A stretch of DNA of 64,000 nucleotides from an uncultured Anaerolineaceae bacterium (GTDB lineage: Bacteria > Chloroflexota > Anaerolineae > Anaerolineales > Anaerolineaceae). Position 1 is the first letter of the stretch. Each line of letters opens with the position of its first letter. The position numbers were made by a program, and so were the translations under genes. The stretch is taken from contig CAYTHO010000008.1 of assembly GCA_964437595.1 (NCBI GenBank), positions 27,427-91,426 of the forward strand, written 5' to 3'. This document shows, in pieces, positions 1 through 9,811 of the stretch. The notes beneath the pieces were generated by a model, which saw only the letters and a program-made list of their open reading frames with translations, had not been told where the DNA came from and did not search any database.

Positions 1-1274
1 AAACCCCGGAAGGCCCCAAAAATCACATCAACTTTTCCCCAGATGGCGGCTGGGTTGCATACTACGCCCAGGAAGGCGAGGACGAGGGCTTCCGCAACAT
101 CAACCTGTGGGTGGCGCCCGCGGATGGCTCTGCCCCGGCGCGCTGCCTGACCGGCGCGTATGATCTCAACGCCTCGGCCTGGACGATTAACGATGTAGGC
201 GAGCCGGAAACCATGCCGCCAACCTGGTCGAAGGACGGCCAGCGCATCTTCTTCCCGGTCACGCTGCACGGCTCGTCGATCCTCCAATCGGTGGCAGTGG
301 ATGGCAGCGACCTGCAAACCGTCATCGGCGAAGGGGGCGTGGTGGGCGCGTTTAGCTTCGACCGCGAACAGGGCAAGCTGGCCTATTTCTACGGTCGCAT
401 GGATGACCCCGGGCAGATCGTGGTGCGCGAACTGCCCACCGGCCAGGACCGCGTGCTGACGGAACACAACCGCGAGCTGCTGGACAGCATCGACCTGGGC
501 AGGGTGGAGGAAGTGTGGTTCAAGGGCCCAGACGGCAACGACCTGCAGGGCTGGGTGATGACCCCACCTGATTTCGACCCGCACAAGAAATATCCATCGA
601 TCATGGAAATCCACGGCGGGCCGGTGACGCAGTACGGAAAATTCTTCATGCACGAGTTTACCTTCCTGGCCGCCGCCGGTTACGTGGTGTACTTCTGCAA
701 CCCGCGCGGCGGGCGCGGCTACGGCGAGGCGCATACCCGGGCAATCTGGGGCAACTGGGGCGACCGCGACTACGCCGACCTAATGACCTGGGCCGATTAC
801 GCCCGGTCGCTGCCGTATATTGACCCGGCGCGGATGGGAGTCACCGGCGGCAGCTACGGCGGTTACATGACGGTGTGGATCATCGGGCATACGCAGCGGT
901 TCAAAGCGGCTGTTACCCAGCGCTGCGTGAGCAATTTCGTCAGCATGTGGGGCTCGAGTGATTTCAACTGGGTATTCCAGAAGGAGTTGAACGACAAGGC
1001 CCCGTACGAAGATTTTCAGTATGCCTGGGAGCATTCGCCCATTGCGTATATTGGCAATGCGAAAACGCCCACGCTGGTCATCCACAACGAGATGGATCAC
1101 CGCTGCCCGATCGAGCAGGGCGAGCAGGTATTTGTGTCGCTCAAGCGGCTGGGGGTGGATACGGAGTTCGTGCGCTTCCCAGAGGAATTCCATGGGCTTT
1201 CCCGCTCGGGCCGCACCGACCGGCGCATTGCGCGGCTGTATCATATCCGCCGGTGGTTTGACCGGTATTTGTAA
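1..1274 (+). CDS. S9-family serine peptidase (prolyl oligopeptidase / acylaminoacyl-peptidase type), 5' end cut by window edge
   Basis: Frame 3 is open from nt 3 ([21 protein letters not shown]...), so the listed ATG at 111 is internal. A propeller-like N-terminal part is followed by an alpha/beta-hydrolase part with the nucleophile elbow GGSYGG, HGGP, and C-terminal Asp/His motifs ([12 protein letters not shown]). Confidence 0.85.
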   Translation, partial: TPEGPKNHINFSPDGGWVAYYAQEGEDEGFRNINLWVAPADGSAPARCLTGAYDLNASAWTINDVGEPETMPPTWSKDGQRIFFPVTLHGSSILQSVAVDGSDLQTVIGEGGVVGAFSFDREQGKLAYFYGRMDDPGQIVVRELPTGQDRVLTEHNRELLDSIDLGRVEEVWFKGPDGNDLQGWVMTPPDFDPHKKYPSIMEIHGGPVTQYGKFFMHEFTFLAAAGYVVYFCNPRGGRGYGEAHTRAIWGNWGDRDYADLMTWADYARSLPYIDPARMGVTGGSYGGYMTVWIIGHTQRFKAAVTQRCVSNFVSMWGSSDFNWVFQKELNDKAPYEDFQYAWEHSPIAYIGNAKTPTLVIHNEMDHRCPIEQGEQVFVSLKRLGVDTEFVRFPEEFHGLSRSGRTDRRIARLYHIRRWFDRYL

Positions 1275-1283
1275 ACGGTTCTT

Positions 1284-1318
1284 CACCTGCCCCGCTGATC
1301 CCCCGGCGGGGGCAGGTG
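1284..1318 (+). terminator. GC-rich hairpin after the peptidase gene (CACCTGCCCCG ... CGGGGGCAGGTG), no clear U-tract
   Basis: An 11-bp inverted repeat with one bulged G lies 10 nt after the TAA at 1272-1274. It has no T-run, so terminator function is uncertain. Confidence 0.35.
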
Positions 1319-1330
1319 GATTGCCCGCGT

Positions 1331-1359
1331 TTGCAAGGATGCTTTTCCTCAACTATAAT
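1331..1359 (+). promoter_or_regulatory. sigma-70-like promoter TTGCAA-17 nt-TATAAT directly abutting the moaC start codon
   Basis: TTGCAA lies at 1331-1336 and TATAAT at 1354-1359. The ATG of moaC at 1367 is 7 nt after the -10 box, and there is no SD in between. Confidence 0.45.
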
Positions 1360-1366
1360 CGAGCGC

Positions 1367-1858
1367 ATGCCGAACAAACAACTTACGCATTTGGATGAAA
1401 GCGGCCAGGCCAAAATGGTGGATGTGGGCGCCAAGCCCGACACCGAGCGCATGGCAGTGGCGGGCGGTGAGGTGGTGCTCAAACCGGAGACGGTGGCGCT
1501 GATCCGCCAGGGATTGATGAAAAAAGGGGATGTGCTGTCGGTGGCGAAAATTGCAGGGATTATGGGGGCCAAGAAAACCTCCGAACTGATCCCGCTGTGC
1601 CATCCTATCGCGCTGACCCAGGTGGACGTGGATTTGCAGTTGAGCGAGGATCTGCCGGGGGTAGTGATCCGGGCGACGGCGCGGACAGTCGGTAAGACGG
1701 GCGTGGAAATGGAAGCGCTGACGGCGGTTTCGACGGCGGCGCTGACGGTGTACGATATGGTGAAAGCCGTGGAACGCACGGCGAAGATCCAGAATATCCG
1801 CCTGATTGAGAAGCACGGCGGGCGCAGCGGGGACGTGGTTGTGGAAAATGAAAATTAA
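1367..1858 (+). CDS. moaC: cyclic pyranopterin monophosphate synthase MoaC
   Basis: [28 protein letters not shown]...[15 protein letters not shown] is typical of MoaC. The ORF-track start at 1316 (GTG) overlaps the promoter, so ATG 1367 is preferred. Confidence 0.9.
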   Translation: MPNKQLTHLDESGQAKMVDVGAKPDTERMAVAGGEVVLKPETVALIRQGLMKKGDVLSVAKIAGIMGAKKTSELIPLCHPIALTQVDVDLQLSEDLPGVVIRATARTVGKTGVEMEALTAVSTAALTVYDMVKAVERTAKIQNIRLIEKHGGRSGDVVVENEN

Positions 1859-2558
1859 ACTCTTATTCTTTGCAACATTGAAAGACCGCGCCGGGTTGGG
1901 CAAGGTGGAAATGGAACTGCCCGATGGGACCACCGTGGCGGACCTGCGGGCGCGCTTGGCGGCAGATTATCCTGCGGTTGGCCCGTTACTGCCCCACGCG
2001 CTGGTTTCCGTGAACCAGGATTACGCGTTCGATGAGGACCGCATTCCGGACAATGCCGAGGTGGCGCTCTTTCCGCCGGTTTCGGGCGGCGCGGGGTCCG
2101 GCGAACTGCCGACCATCCTGCGGGTGGACCGCGAGCCGATCGACCTGGATGAGCTGGTGGCGAAAATCACCCTGCCAACGACTGGCGCCGCGGCGATTTT
2201 TACCGGGATGGTGCGCGGGGTAACGCGGCGCGGAGACCCGCACGAGACGGTCTACCTGGAATATGAGGCGTATGTGCCCATGGCCGAGAGCAAGATGGGA
2301 CAGGTGGCCGATGAAATTCGCCAGCGCTGGCCAACCGTAGAGGGTATCGCCATCGTTCAGCGCATTGGACGGCTGGATGCAGGCACCCCAACGGTGCTGA
2401 TCGCCTGCACGGCGGCGCACCGCGACACGGGAGTGTTCGAGGCCGCCCGCTACGGCATTGACCGGCTGAAAGAAATTGTGCCGGTGTGGAAAAAAGAGGT
2501 CGGCCCAAACGGTGAGGCATGGGTGGAAGGGGACTACATGCCCAGGCGGGGGGATTAA
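1848..2558 (+). CDS. fused molybdopterin synthase small (MoaD) and large (MoaE) subunits
   Basis: The N-terminal 82 aa, [16 protein letters not shown]...ALFPPVSGG, form a MoaD/ThiS-like ubiquitin fold ending in GG. The rest (AIFTGMVRG...YEAY..MAE...IVQRIGRL..G...V.IA..A.HR..F.A..Y.ID.LK...P.WKKE) is MoaE. The ATG at 1848 overlaps the moaC stop at 1856-1858. Confidence 0.85.
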   Translation: MKIKLLFFATLKDRAGLGKVEMELPDGTTVADLRARLAADYPAVGPLLPHALVSVNQDYAFDEDRIPDNAEVALFPPVSGGAGSGELPTILRVDREPIDLDELVAKITLPTTGAAAIFTGMVRGVTRRGDPHETVYLEYEAYVPMAESKMGQVADEIRQRWPTVEGIAIVQRIGRLDAGTPTVLIACTAAHRDTGVFEAARYGIDRLKEIVPVWKKEVGPNGEAWVEGDYMPRRGD

Positions 2559-2727
2559 AATCAGCCCCTTGGATTAAATGCCCTGCTGGATTAAAATAAG
2601 GCCATAACAATTTATTCGGAACTGATGGAACGCAAGCTGCATCAGGCGGCGCCGGGGAAGGTTGGATAAGCTTTCCAGGCGTGAGGGATTGAGCGGCTGG
2701 CGCTCCCTGAGTTCCCGGGAGGTCATT

Positions 2728-3444
2728 GTGGAGAATCAACGCGTTCAACAGGAACCGCCGCAGGAGTTCGCGCGGCGCTTGAACCTGCCTTTTCGGGACT
2801 GGCTGCTGCTCAGCCGGGCGCTGACGCACCGGTCTTATCTGAATGAGCATTCCGATGCGCTGGAAGATAATGAGCGCCTGGAATTTTTAGGCGACGCCGT
2901 CCTCGACTTTGTGGTGGGGGCCTGGCTGTACAACCGCTACCCGGAAATGCCTGAAGGCGACCTGACGCGCATGCGCTCAGCGCTGGTGTATACCGAGTCT
3001 CTGGCAGAGTTTGGGCGGCAGGTACACCTTGGCAATGCCATGCGCCTGGGGCGTGGAGAAGCACAGGCCGGGGGACGCGACCGCTCGGCGCTGTTATGCG
3101 ATACGTTCGAGGCGGTGATTGGGGCGCTGTACCTGGATGTGGGGATCGATGCCGTGCTGGACTTTGTGGGGCCGCTGCTGGACCGGGCCTCGGACGAGAT
3201 CCTGGCCAACCGGAAAACAGAGGACCCCAAGAGCCTGTTCCAGGAATGGGCGCAGTCAGAAGGGCTTTTAGCGCCGCTGTACGTCACGCGCAATTCCCTG
3301 GGGCCGGACCATTCCAAGATGTTTGAAGTGGATGCTACCGTCGGCGGGAAGGTTTATGGAAGTGGACAGGGGCACAGCAAGCAGTCGGCTGCTAAGGAAG
3401 CTGCCCGGGATGCATTACGCCGGCTGGGGTTAATTAACGAATGA
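2728..3444 (+). CDS. rnc: ribonuclease III
   Basis: Carries the RNase III signature NERLEFLGDAVLDFVV and a C-terminal dsRBD (GPDHSKMFEV...GSGQGHSKQSAAKEAARDAL). GTG 2728 is preceded by GGGAGG (2717-2722), which I prefer to the track's TTG at 2662. Confidence 0.9.
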   Translation: MENQRVQQEPPQEFARRLNLPFRDWLLLSRALTHRSYLNEHSDALEDNERLEFLGDAVLDFVVGAWLYNRYPEMPEGDLTRMRSALVYTESLAEFGRQVHLGNAMRLGRGEAQAGGRDRSALLCDTFEAVIGALYLDVGIDAVLDFVGPLLDRASDEILANRKTEDPKSLFQEWAQSEGLLAPLYVTRNSLGPDHSKMFEVDATVGGKVYGSGQGHSKQSAAKEAARDALRRLGLINE

Positions 3445-6400
3445 CACTACGGCTGAAGGCTCTCGAACTGCACGGCTACAAAACTTTTGCCAGCCGGACG
3501 TTATTTGAATTCCCCGGTGATATTACTGCCGTCGTGGGTCCAAACGGTTCGGGAAAGTCGAACATTGCTGATTCCATTCGCTGGGTGCTTGGCGAGCAGT
3601 CGTATTCGCTGCTGCGCGGGCGCAAGACGGAAGATATGATCTTCGCCGGTTCGGAGCTGCGCCCGCGGGCGGGCATGGCATCCGCCACCATTACGTTCCA
3701 TAATGAAGACGGCTGGCTGCCCATCGATTTTAACGAGGTTTCGATCACCCGCCGGGCCTACCGGGATGGGCAGAACGAATACCTGCTGAACGGTCAGCGG
3801 GTGCGGCTGAAGGAAATCTCGGAACTGCTGGGGCGGTCGGGCCTGGCGGAGCGGACGTATACCATTATCGGGCAGGGGCTGGTCGATGCAGCACTGTCCT
3901 TGAAACCGGAGGAACGCCGGAGGTTTTTCGAAGAAGCCGCCGGGATCGGGCTGTACCGGTCGCGGCGCGAGGAAGCGCTTAACCGGCTGGATACCACCCA
4001 CCGCAACCTGGAACGGGTGCTGGATATCCTCAGCGAGCTGGAACCGCGCCTGGGCAGCCTGGAAAAGCAGGCCCGGCGGGCCATGGAATATGACCACATC
4101 CGGGCTGATTTGCGCCTGCTGCTGCGCGACTGGTACGGCTACCAGTGGCACCGCACGCAGCAGGAAGTTGTTCACCACCACGAGGTGGTGCGCGCCCAGG
4201 AAAGCCGCCTGGAACGCGCGCGCGAGCGGCAGGCGGAAGTGGAAGTGCAGTTGGATGATCTGCGTGGAAAGCTCCATGCTTTACGCGCGGACCTGAACGT
4301 CTGGCATGGCAGCGCGGCGGCTGTGCACACGGAATGGGAAAAGGTCAGCCGAAGCCTGGCGGTGATGGAAGAACGCCAGCGGGCCCTGCTCAGCCAGCAG
4401 CAGAACCTGCAGAAAGATCTGAGCCGGGTGGAAGAGGAACAAAAAGCGCGCCAGCAGCGCCTTCAGGACCTGGAAGCGGAGCGCGACCGGCTGCAGGTGG
4501 AACTGGACGATGCCGAAGCGCAGGTGCAGGAAGCGCGAAAGAACCTGGAAAAACGCCTGGCGGAACGCGGGCGCATCGAACAGGCCATCCGCGACACACG
4601 CCGGCTGCTGGTGCAGTGCGAAACTGACCAGGTGCAGCGCAAGGCGCACCAGAGCGAACTGCTGGGGCGGGTAGATACGCTGCGCAAGAACCAGCAGTCG
4701 CTGGCAAAGACGCTGGATAATGAAAAACAACTGCTTCAGCAGCTTCAGGCGCGGCTGGAAAAACAGGCCGAGTTGAAGGAGCAGGCTGAAGAACAGCAGA
4801 AAAAGGCCGAAGAGGCGCTGCGGGAACACCGTACAGCGCTGGCTGAGCTGGAAACCCAGCGCAAGCAGGCCCAGGATGAGCGCAGCCGCCTGGAGGGCGA
4901 GCGCGCGAAGCGAACCGCGCAGTTAGAAGTGCTGGAACAGGCCGAACGCTCGTTGAGCGGGCTGGCAAACGGGGCGAAGTTCCTGCTGCAAGAAGCGCAG
5001 CAGGGCCGCCTGAAGGGGCGCTACCAGCCGCTGGGGGCGCATCTGGTGGTTCCGGCAGAATATGAGACTGCGGTAGCCGCGGCGCTGGGCGAGTACCTGG
5101 ATGCGGTGGTGCTGGAAGGCGGCACCGATCCAGAAGACGCGCTGTTGATGCTTTCCCGGTCCGATAAGGGCAGGGCGGTGCTGCTGCCGGTGGATTGGAC
5201 GCGCGCGCCGGATGCGCTGGATGCTCCGCTGGACACGGGCTGTATCGGTGTGGCATCCCAGTTGGTGCAGGCGCCCGACAACCTGCGGAATATCCTGTGC
5301 CTGCTGCTCGGGCAGGTGTTGATTGCCCGTGACCGCAGCGCGGCCCGGCAGCTTGCAACCGGCCTGCCAGCATCCGCCCGCGTGGTGACCCTGCAGGGTG
5401 AGGTATTCCACGGCAGCGGGATCGTTGCGGCGGGACCGGAAAAGCGGGCCGGGACGATTGGCCGCCCGCGCCGCATTCAGGAACTACAAAGCGAGCTGGC
5501 GGAAGCCGAGGAACTGGTGAAATCCGTCCAGCAGCGCCTGCGCGAGGTGGAGACCGAAACCAACCGCAAGCGAGCCCAGGAAGGCGAATTGGATAAGGCC
5601 GCGCGCCAGGCTGTACAGGGATTCAATCAGGCCAACCAGGCGCACCAACGGGCGATCCTGGAGGTCGAGCAGGTGCGCCAGCGGCACGAGTTCCAGGCGC
5701 GGCAGCTCACCGGCCTGGATGGGCAGATCCAGCAGGCCGAGCAGGAACTGCGCAAGGAACAGGCGGAAATTGAGAAGAACAGCCAGAAAATCAGCGAGCT
5801 GAATGACCAGATCCGCGAGCACAACCGTAAACTTGCCAACCTTCCGGCGGAGGAACTGCAGACGCAGTTGGTACACTGGAATACCAGCGTGGCGGTCACC
5901 AGCCGGGCGGTTAAAGATGCTGAGCGGCGGCTGACCGAACACCATGAATCCGTCGCGGCAGGAACGCACCAGATGGACCTGTTCAAACAGCGGCTGCAGG
6001 AGACGGCAGCCGGCCTGGAAAATCTGGGTCAGGAGAAAACGCTACTGCATGATCAGGAAAGCGTGTTGGGAGGCCGGATCGAAGAACTGCGTCAGCAGAT
6101 CGAACCGGCGGAAGCGCAACTCCAGGCGGTTGAAAATGAATACGGAGAGCACCAGGAAGTCTTAACCGCGGCCCAGCAGGCGGTTTCCATCGCCGACCGG
6201 CATTCAACACAGGCGCACCTGGAACTGACGCGGGCGCGGGAAGCGACCGATTCGCTGCGGCGCAGGATCGAGGAAGACTTTGGCCTGGTGGCATTCGAAT
6301 ACCGCCAGGAGATTTCCGGGCCGACCCCGCTGCCGCTGGATGGCATGGTGGAACAGTTACCCAGCCTGACCGAGATCCCGGCGGACCTGGAAGATAATAT

Positions 6401-7046
6401 CAACCGCGCGCGGGCGCAGCTCCGGCGCATGGGGCCGATCAACCCGGATGTGCAAAACGAGTACAAAGAGGTCAAGGAACGCTTTGACTTCCTCACCCAA
6501 CAGGTGGCCGATTTGCGCAAAGCGGATACCGATCTGCGCGAGGTGATCGCTGAGCTGGATGAGCTGATGCGCAGGGAGTTCCGCAAAACGTTCGATGCGG
6601 TGGCGGCAGAGTTCAAAGGCATGTTTACCCGCCTGTTCGGCGGTGGTTCGGCGCGCTTGATCTTGAGCGACGCGGATAACCCCACCGAGGCAGGCATCGA
6701 TATTGAGGCGCGGCTGCCCGGGCGGCGCGAACAGGGCCTCTCGCTGCTCTCTGGCGGCGAGCGCAGCCTGACCGCGGTGGCGCTGATTTTCTCGCTGTTG
6801 AAAGTATCGCCTACCCCATTCTGCGTGATGGATGAGGTGGACGCGATGCTGGATGAGGCCAACGTGGGCCGTTTCCGCGACCTGCTGCAGGAACTGAGCG
6901 ATAAGACGCAGTTCATCCTGGTTACGCACAACCGCAACACCGTCCAGGCGGCCAACGTGATTTATGGCGTCACCATGGGCCGCGATTCGGCCAGCCAGGT
7001 GATCAGCCTGCGGTTGGACGAAGTCAACGACGAGTTAGTCCGGTAA
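3441..7046 (+). CDS. smc: chromosome segregation protein SMC
   Basis: 1201 aa with Walker A GPNGSGKSN, long coiled coils, a central hinge, C-terminal signature LSGGERSL and Walker B FCVMDEVDAMLD. The start overlaps the rnc stop (ATGA). Confidence 0.95.
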   Translation: MTLRLKALELHGYKTFASRTLFEFPGDITAVVGPNGSGKSNIADSIRWVLGEQSYSLLRGRKTEDMIFAGSELRPRAGMASATITFHNEDGWLPIDFNEVSITRRAYRDGQNEYLLNGQRVRLKEISELLGRSGLAERTYTIIGQGLVDAALSLKPEERRRFFEEAAGIGLYRSRREEALNRLDTTHRNLERVLDILSELEPRLGSLEKQARRAMEYDHIRADLRLLLRDWYGYQWHRTQQEVVHHHEVVRAQESRLERARERQAEVEVQLDDLRGKLHALRADLNVWHGSAAAVHTEWEKVSRSLAVMEERQRALLSQQQNLQKDLSRVEEEQKARQQRLQDLEAERDRLQVELDDAEAQVQEARKNLEKRLAERGRIEQAIRDTRRLLVQCETDQVQRKAHQSELLGRVDTLRKNQQSLAKTLDNEKQLLQQLQARLEKQAELKEQAEEQQKKAEEALREHRTALAELETQRKQAQDERSRLEGERAKRTAQLEVLEQAERSLSGLANGAKFLLQEAQQGRLKGRYQPLGAHLVVPAEYETAVAAALGEYLDAVVLEGGTDPEDALLMLSRSDKGRAVLLPVDWTRAPDALDAPLDTGCIGVASQLVQAPDNLRNILCLLLGQVLIARDRSAARQLATGLPASARVVTLQGEVFHGSGIVAAGPEKRAGTIGRPRRIQELQSELAEAEELVKSVQQRLREVETETNRKRAQEGELDKAARQAVQGFNQANQAHQRAILEVEQVRQRHEFQARQLTGLDGQIQQAEQELRKEQAEIEKNSQKISELNDQIREHNRKLANLPAEELQTQLVHWNTSVAVTSRAVKDAERRLTEHHESVAAGTHQMDLFKQRLQETAAGLENLGQEKTLLHDQESVLGGRIEELRQQIEPAEAQLQAVENEYGEHQEVLTAAQQAVSIADRHSTQAHLELTRAREATDSLRRRIEEDFGLVAFEYRQEISGPTPLPLDGMVEQLPSLTEIPADLEDNINRARAQLRRMGPINPDVQNEYKEVKERFDFLTQQVADLRKADTDLREVIAELDELMRREFRKTFDAVAAEFKGMFTRLFGGGSARLILSDADNPTEAGIDIEARLPGRREQGLSLLSGGERSLTAVALIFSLLKVSPTPFCVMDEVDAMLDEANVGRFRDLLQELSDKTQFILVTHNRNTVQAANVIYGVTMGRDSASQVISLRLDEVNDELVR

Positions 7047-7080
7047 TAAAAAAAAGGCGACCGCGAGGTCGCCTTTTTTA
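7047..7080. terminator. bidirectional Rho-independent terminator between convergent smc and PPIase genes
   Basis: Sequence is A9-GGCGACC-gcga-GGTCGCC-T6. The 7-bp GC stem is flanked by an A-run and a T-run, so it works on both strands. Confidence 0.7.
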
Positions 7081-7093
7081 TAGTCTTTCATGC

Positions 7094-8461
7094 TTACGGC
7101 TCGGCTGTAATCATCATTTGCTCAAGCTGCTGCTGCTGAAGCTGATTGGTAAGCTGTTCGATCTGCCGCTGCACGTCTGCCGGGATGGCCGGGTCTACGG
7201 GGACAACGCTGTTCCAGGTTTCAAAGGTCTGGACGTTGAGCTCTGTCTTGGCGTTCTCGAGCCATTCCGAATACTTGGTCTGTTTTGCCTGCTGAAGCTC
7301 GCTGCTGTCTAACGGGCGATCTTCATGGCCCAGCACCTGAATGATGTGGTACCCAAAGGTTGTCTTGACCGGGTCGCTGATCTGGCCGATTTCTAGCGCA
7401 TAGGCCGCGTCTTCAAATTCCTTGACCATTGCGCCTTTGGCAAACCAGCCCAGGTCGCCACCGTTGTCTTTGTTGCTGTCATCGGTCGAGTACTGTTTGG
7501 CCAGGTCGGCGAAATTACCACCGGCTTTCAGCTCTTCGGCAACTTTTTTAGCCGTCTCTTCATCCGCGACCAGGATGTGGCGCGCCCAAACCTTCTCGCT
7601 GGTGCCCGAGATTTCCTTGGTTACGGCGTCGAACACTTTCTGGCGAAGGAGCTGGCGGCGAATCAGGCTGCGCAGGTCTGCCGCTGAATAGCCAATCGGC
7701 TTGAGATCGGCTGAATAGGTAGCCACCCGGTTCTCAAAGCCTTCCTTGGTAAACGGGGTAGGCGTGAGGGTAACGGTGGGGGTGACTTCCGGCGTCTCGG
7801 TCACCACGGGGGTCGAGGTAGGCTCGGCGGTGGGGGTCGGCGGGGTGCCGGTGGCGGTGGGCGTGGCGCTGGGGATGGGCGTTTCGGTAGCCGTCGCGGT
7901 AGGGGGCACGAGCGTCTGCTGGAGCGAGGAAAGCGTGGGCGTGATGAACGTTGTGCTGGTAACGGTTGGCGAAGGCGTGCCGTTGGCGAAATACCCAAAG
8001 GCCTCCTGGTAAGCGGCCTCAACCTCGGCGTCGGTCAGCTTGATACCGAGCTTCTCCGCCTGCTGGGCCACCACGGCGTCTTCAATCAATTGATCTAAGA
8101 CTTCTTGCCCCATCTGCGTGCTGTCTTGCAGCTTGTTCGCGAGCTGGGCGATGTACGACCCATACACCTGCATGATGAATGAATCGCTGGTGTAATTTTG
8201 CAGTTGGGTTATCTGCTGCGCCCGCTGAAAACGCACTTCCTTCTGGAACGCGGAGGTAGTAATGTTCTGCGTACCTACCCGGGCAACCGGGCGCATTGCC
8301 TTGATAACCGTCTGGTCTAAAACACCATAAATGATAAGGGCAAGGACGATGATGATGACAGCGACCGCACCAATAACTAAATAGCGTTGTTGGGTTCGCT
8401 CCTTCTCCAGCCGCGCCTGGTGTTTCTTTGTCAGGATTTTCTTCGTAGGCTCTTTGGCCAT
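7094..8461 (-). CDS. membrane-anchored parvulin-type peptidyl-prolyl cis-trans isomerase (PrsA/SurA-like)
   Basis: Has an N-terminal TM helix (YLVIGAVAVIIIVLALIIYGVL), a SurA-like helical domain, a roughly 60-aa Pro/Thr linker, and a C-terminal parvulin domain (ARHILV...GGDLGWF..G.MV.EFE.A...L..G.IS.PV.T.FGYHII). ATG 8461 has a GAGAGG RBS; the track's TTG 8479 is less likely. Confidence 0.8.
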   Translation of the reverse strand: MAKEPTKKILTKKHQARLEKERTQQRYLVIGAVAVIIIVLALIIYGVLDQTVIKAMRPVARVGTQNITTSAFQKEVRFQRAQQITQLQNYTSDSFIMQVYGSYIAQLANKLQDSTQMGQEVLDQLIEDAVVAQQAEKLGIKLTDAEVEAAYQEAFGYFANGTPSPTVTSTTFITPTLSSLQQTLVPPTATATETPIPSATPTATGTPPTPTAEPTSTPVVTETPEVTPTVTLTPTPFTKEGFENRVATYSADLKPIGYSAADLRSLIRRQLLRQKVFDAVTKEISGTSEKVWARHILVADEETAKKVAEELKAGGNFADLAKQYSTDDSNKDNGGDLGWFAKGAMVKEFEDAAYALEIGQISDPVKTTFGYHIIQVLGHEDRPLDSSELQQAKQTKYSEWLENAKTELNVQTFETWNSVVPVDPAIPADVQRQIEQLTNQLQQQQLEQMMITAEP

Positions 8462-8544
8462 GGGCGACCTCTCGATCAAAAAGGTAACTTAAATAACGGG
8501 GCATAAGCCAGATGCCCATGCCCCGCCACAATCATCGGACGGAA

Positions 8545-8823
8545 TTAGAAATCCCCAATTTCTCCGGTAAACGCGAAAGGCAGCAGCGCCAGGTGGCGAG
8601 CGCGCTTGATGGCGGTCGCCAGCTCACGCTGGTGTTTTGCGCAGGTTCCCGTTTGGCGTCGCGGGCGAATTTTCCCATCTTCGGTTACGAAGCGGCGCAG
8701 GAAATCGGCTGCTTTGTAATCAATGAGGGTGTTTTTATCGGCACAGAACTGGCAGATCTTGGGTCGGGCTACATAGCGCCGAAAAGATGGCTGCTCATTC
8801 TCGTTAATGTTATCGTCACTCAT
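8545..8823 (-). CDS. rpsR: 30S ribosomal protein S18
   Basis: [60 protein letters not shown] is the classic bS18 sequence. A GGAG RBS is present. Confidence 0.95.
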   Translation of the reverse strand: MSDDNINENEQPSFRRYVARPKICQFCADKNTLIDYKAADFLRRFVTEDGKIRPRRQTGTCAKHQRELATAIKRARHLALLPFAFTGEIGDF

Positions 8824-8837
8824 CTGTCTTACTCCAA

Positions 8838-9248
8838 CTAGAATGGATACTCATCTTCAACTTGGTCTTCATCAGCCATGGGCGTTTCTGCGGGCTGTTG
8901 GGCGCCGGAGTCACGGCGATCACCGAGCATCATCATTTCACTGGCGACAATTTCAATGCTGGTATGTTTGGCGCCTTCGCTGTCTTCCCATCGTCGGGTC
9001 TGCAGCCGGCCTTCCACATACACCTGCTGCCCCTTGGTGAGATACTGCTTGCAGATTTCAGCCAGGTTGCCCCAGGTGACCACATTGAACCACTCCGTTT
9101 CGGTATGGCGCTCGCCGTCTGTAGAATTCCAGGTGCGGCTGGTTGCCACGGTGAACGTTGTGACGGGCTTCCCGGATGGCGTGTAGCGCATTTCCGGATC
9201 GCGGCCCAGGTGTCCAATGATCATTACTTTGTTCAATCCTCGGCTCAT
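8838..9248 (-). CDS. ssb: single-stranded DNA-binding protein
   Basis: Has an OB fold ([33 protein letters not shown]...[14 protein letters not shown]) and an acidic C-terminal tip DEYPF. A GAGGAG RBS is present. Confidence 0.95.
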   Translation of the reverse strand: MSRGLNKVMIIGHLGRDPEMRYTPSGKPVTTFTVATSRTWNSTDGERHTETEWFNVVTWGNLAEICKQYLTKGQQVYVEGRLQTRRWEDSEGAKHTSIEIVASEMMMLGDRRDSGAQQPAETPMADEDQVEDEYPF

Positions 9249-9334
9249 CTTGTGCTCCTCGATTGACGACCCAACTCCACGTCTTGCCTTTCAGGCTGCC
9301 CCTGGTGGGTTTCCCAGGAGAATGGAACGATACC

Positions 9335-9616
9335 TTACTTGCTGATGATCGAATAGCGCATAATGGGTTCTACAAACCGCATATTGCGATCGAGTTCAGC
9401 ACTGAACGAAGGGGCAAACTGTGCTTCCATGTACACATACTGCCCTTCGCGCTGCTTGCGGATCGAGTAAGCCAGCCGGCGCTTACCCCACATGTCGACT
9501 TTGTCGACGCTGCCGCCAGCGCCCGCGATCCATCCCTGGACACGATCAACAACACCCTTCAGGGCAGTTTCGTCCAGGTCGGGATGGACGATCAGAACAA
9601 CCTCGTAGTTACGCAT
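9335..9616 (-). CDS. rpsF: 30S ribosomal protein S6
   Basis: MRNYEVVLIVHPDLDE...VDMWGKRRLAYSIRKQREGQYVYME is bS6. ATG 9616 has a GGAGG RBS; the upstream TTG at 9754 in the track is unlikely. This is the first gene of the rpsF-ssb-rpsR operon. Confidence 0.9.
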   Translation of the reverse strand: MRNYEVVLIVHPDLDETALKGVVDRVQGWIAGAGGSVDKVDMWGKRRLAYSIRKQREGQYVYMEAQFAPSFSAELDRNMRFVEPIMRYSIISK

Positions 9617-9811
9617 GATGGGAACCTCCTTTCCTCGGGATTGCCCTCTGACGACGCCGTGGGCGGGCAGAGAACGGAAAGTAACAACTGGGTTGGATAA
9701 CCGCCCTAGTTTATCATATCGAACGCAGTTTGAGTAGGGTAAATTAAATGTCAAATGCGATCGCGGTATAATACGTTGCTGCGAATTCTATACCACATCA
9801 AGGAGACGGGC

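Noticed and set aside
4390-5373. A 327-aa minus-strand ORF inside smc (plus several others between 3476 and 6955)
   Set aside because: It is antisense to the unambiguous SMC coding frame. The product is Pro/Ala/Arg-rich with no domain signature.
7746-8012. A Gly/Val-rich 88-aa plus-strand ORF
   Set aside because: It is the antisense reading of the Pro/Thr linker of the PPIase gene, so it is a compositional artefact.
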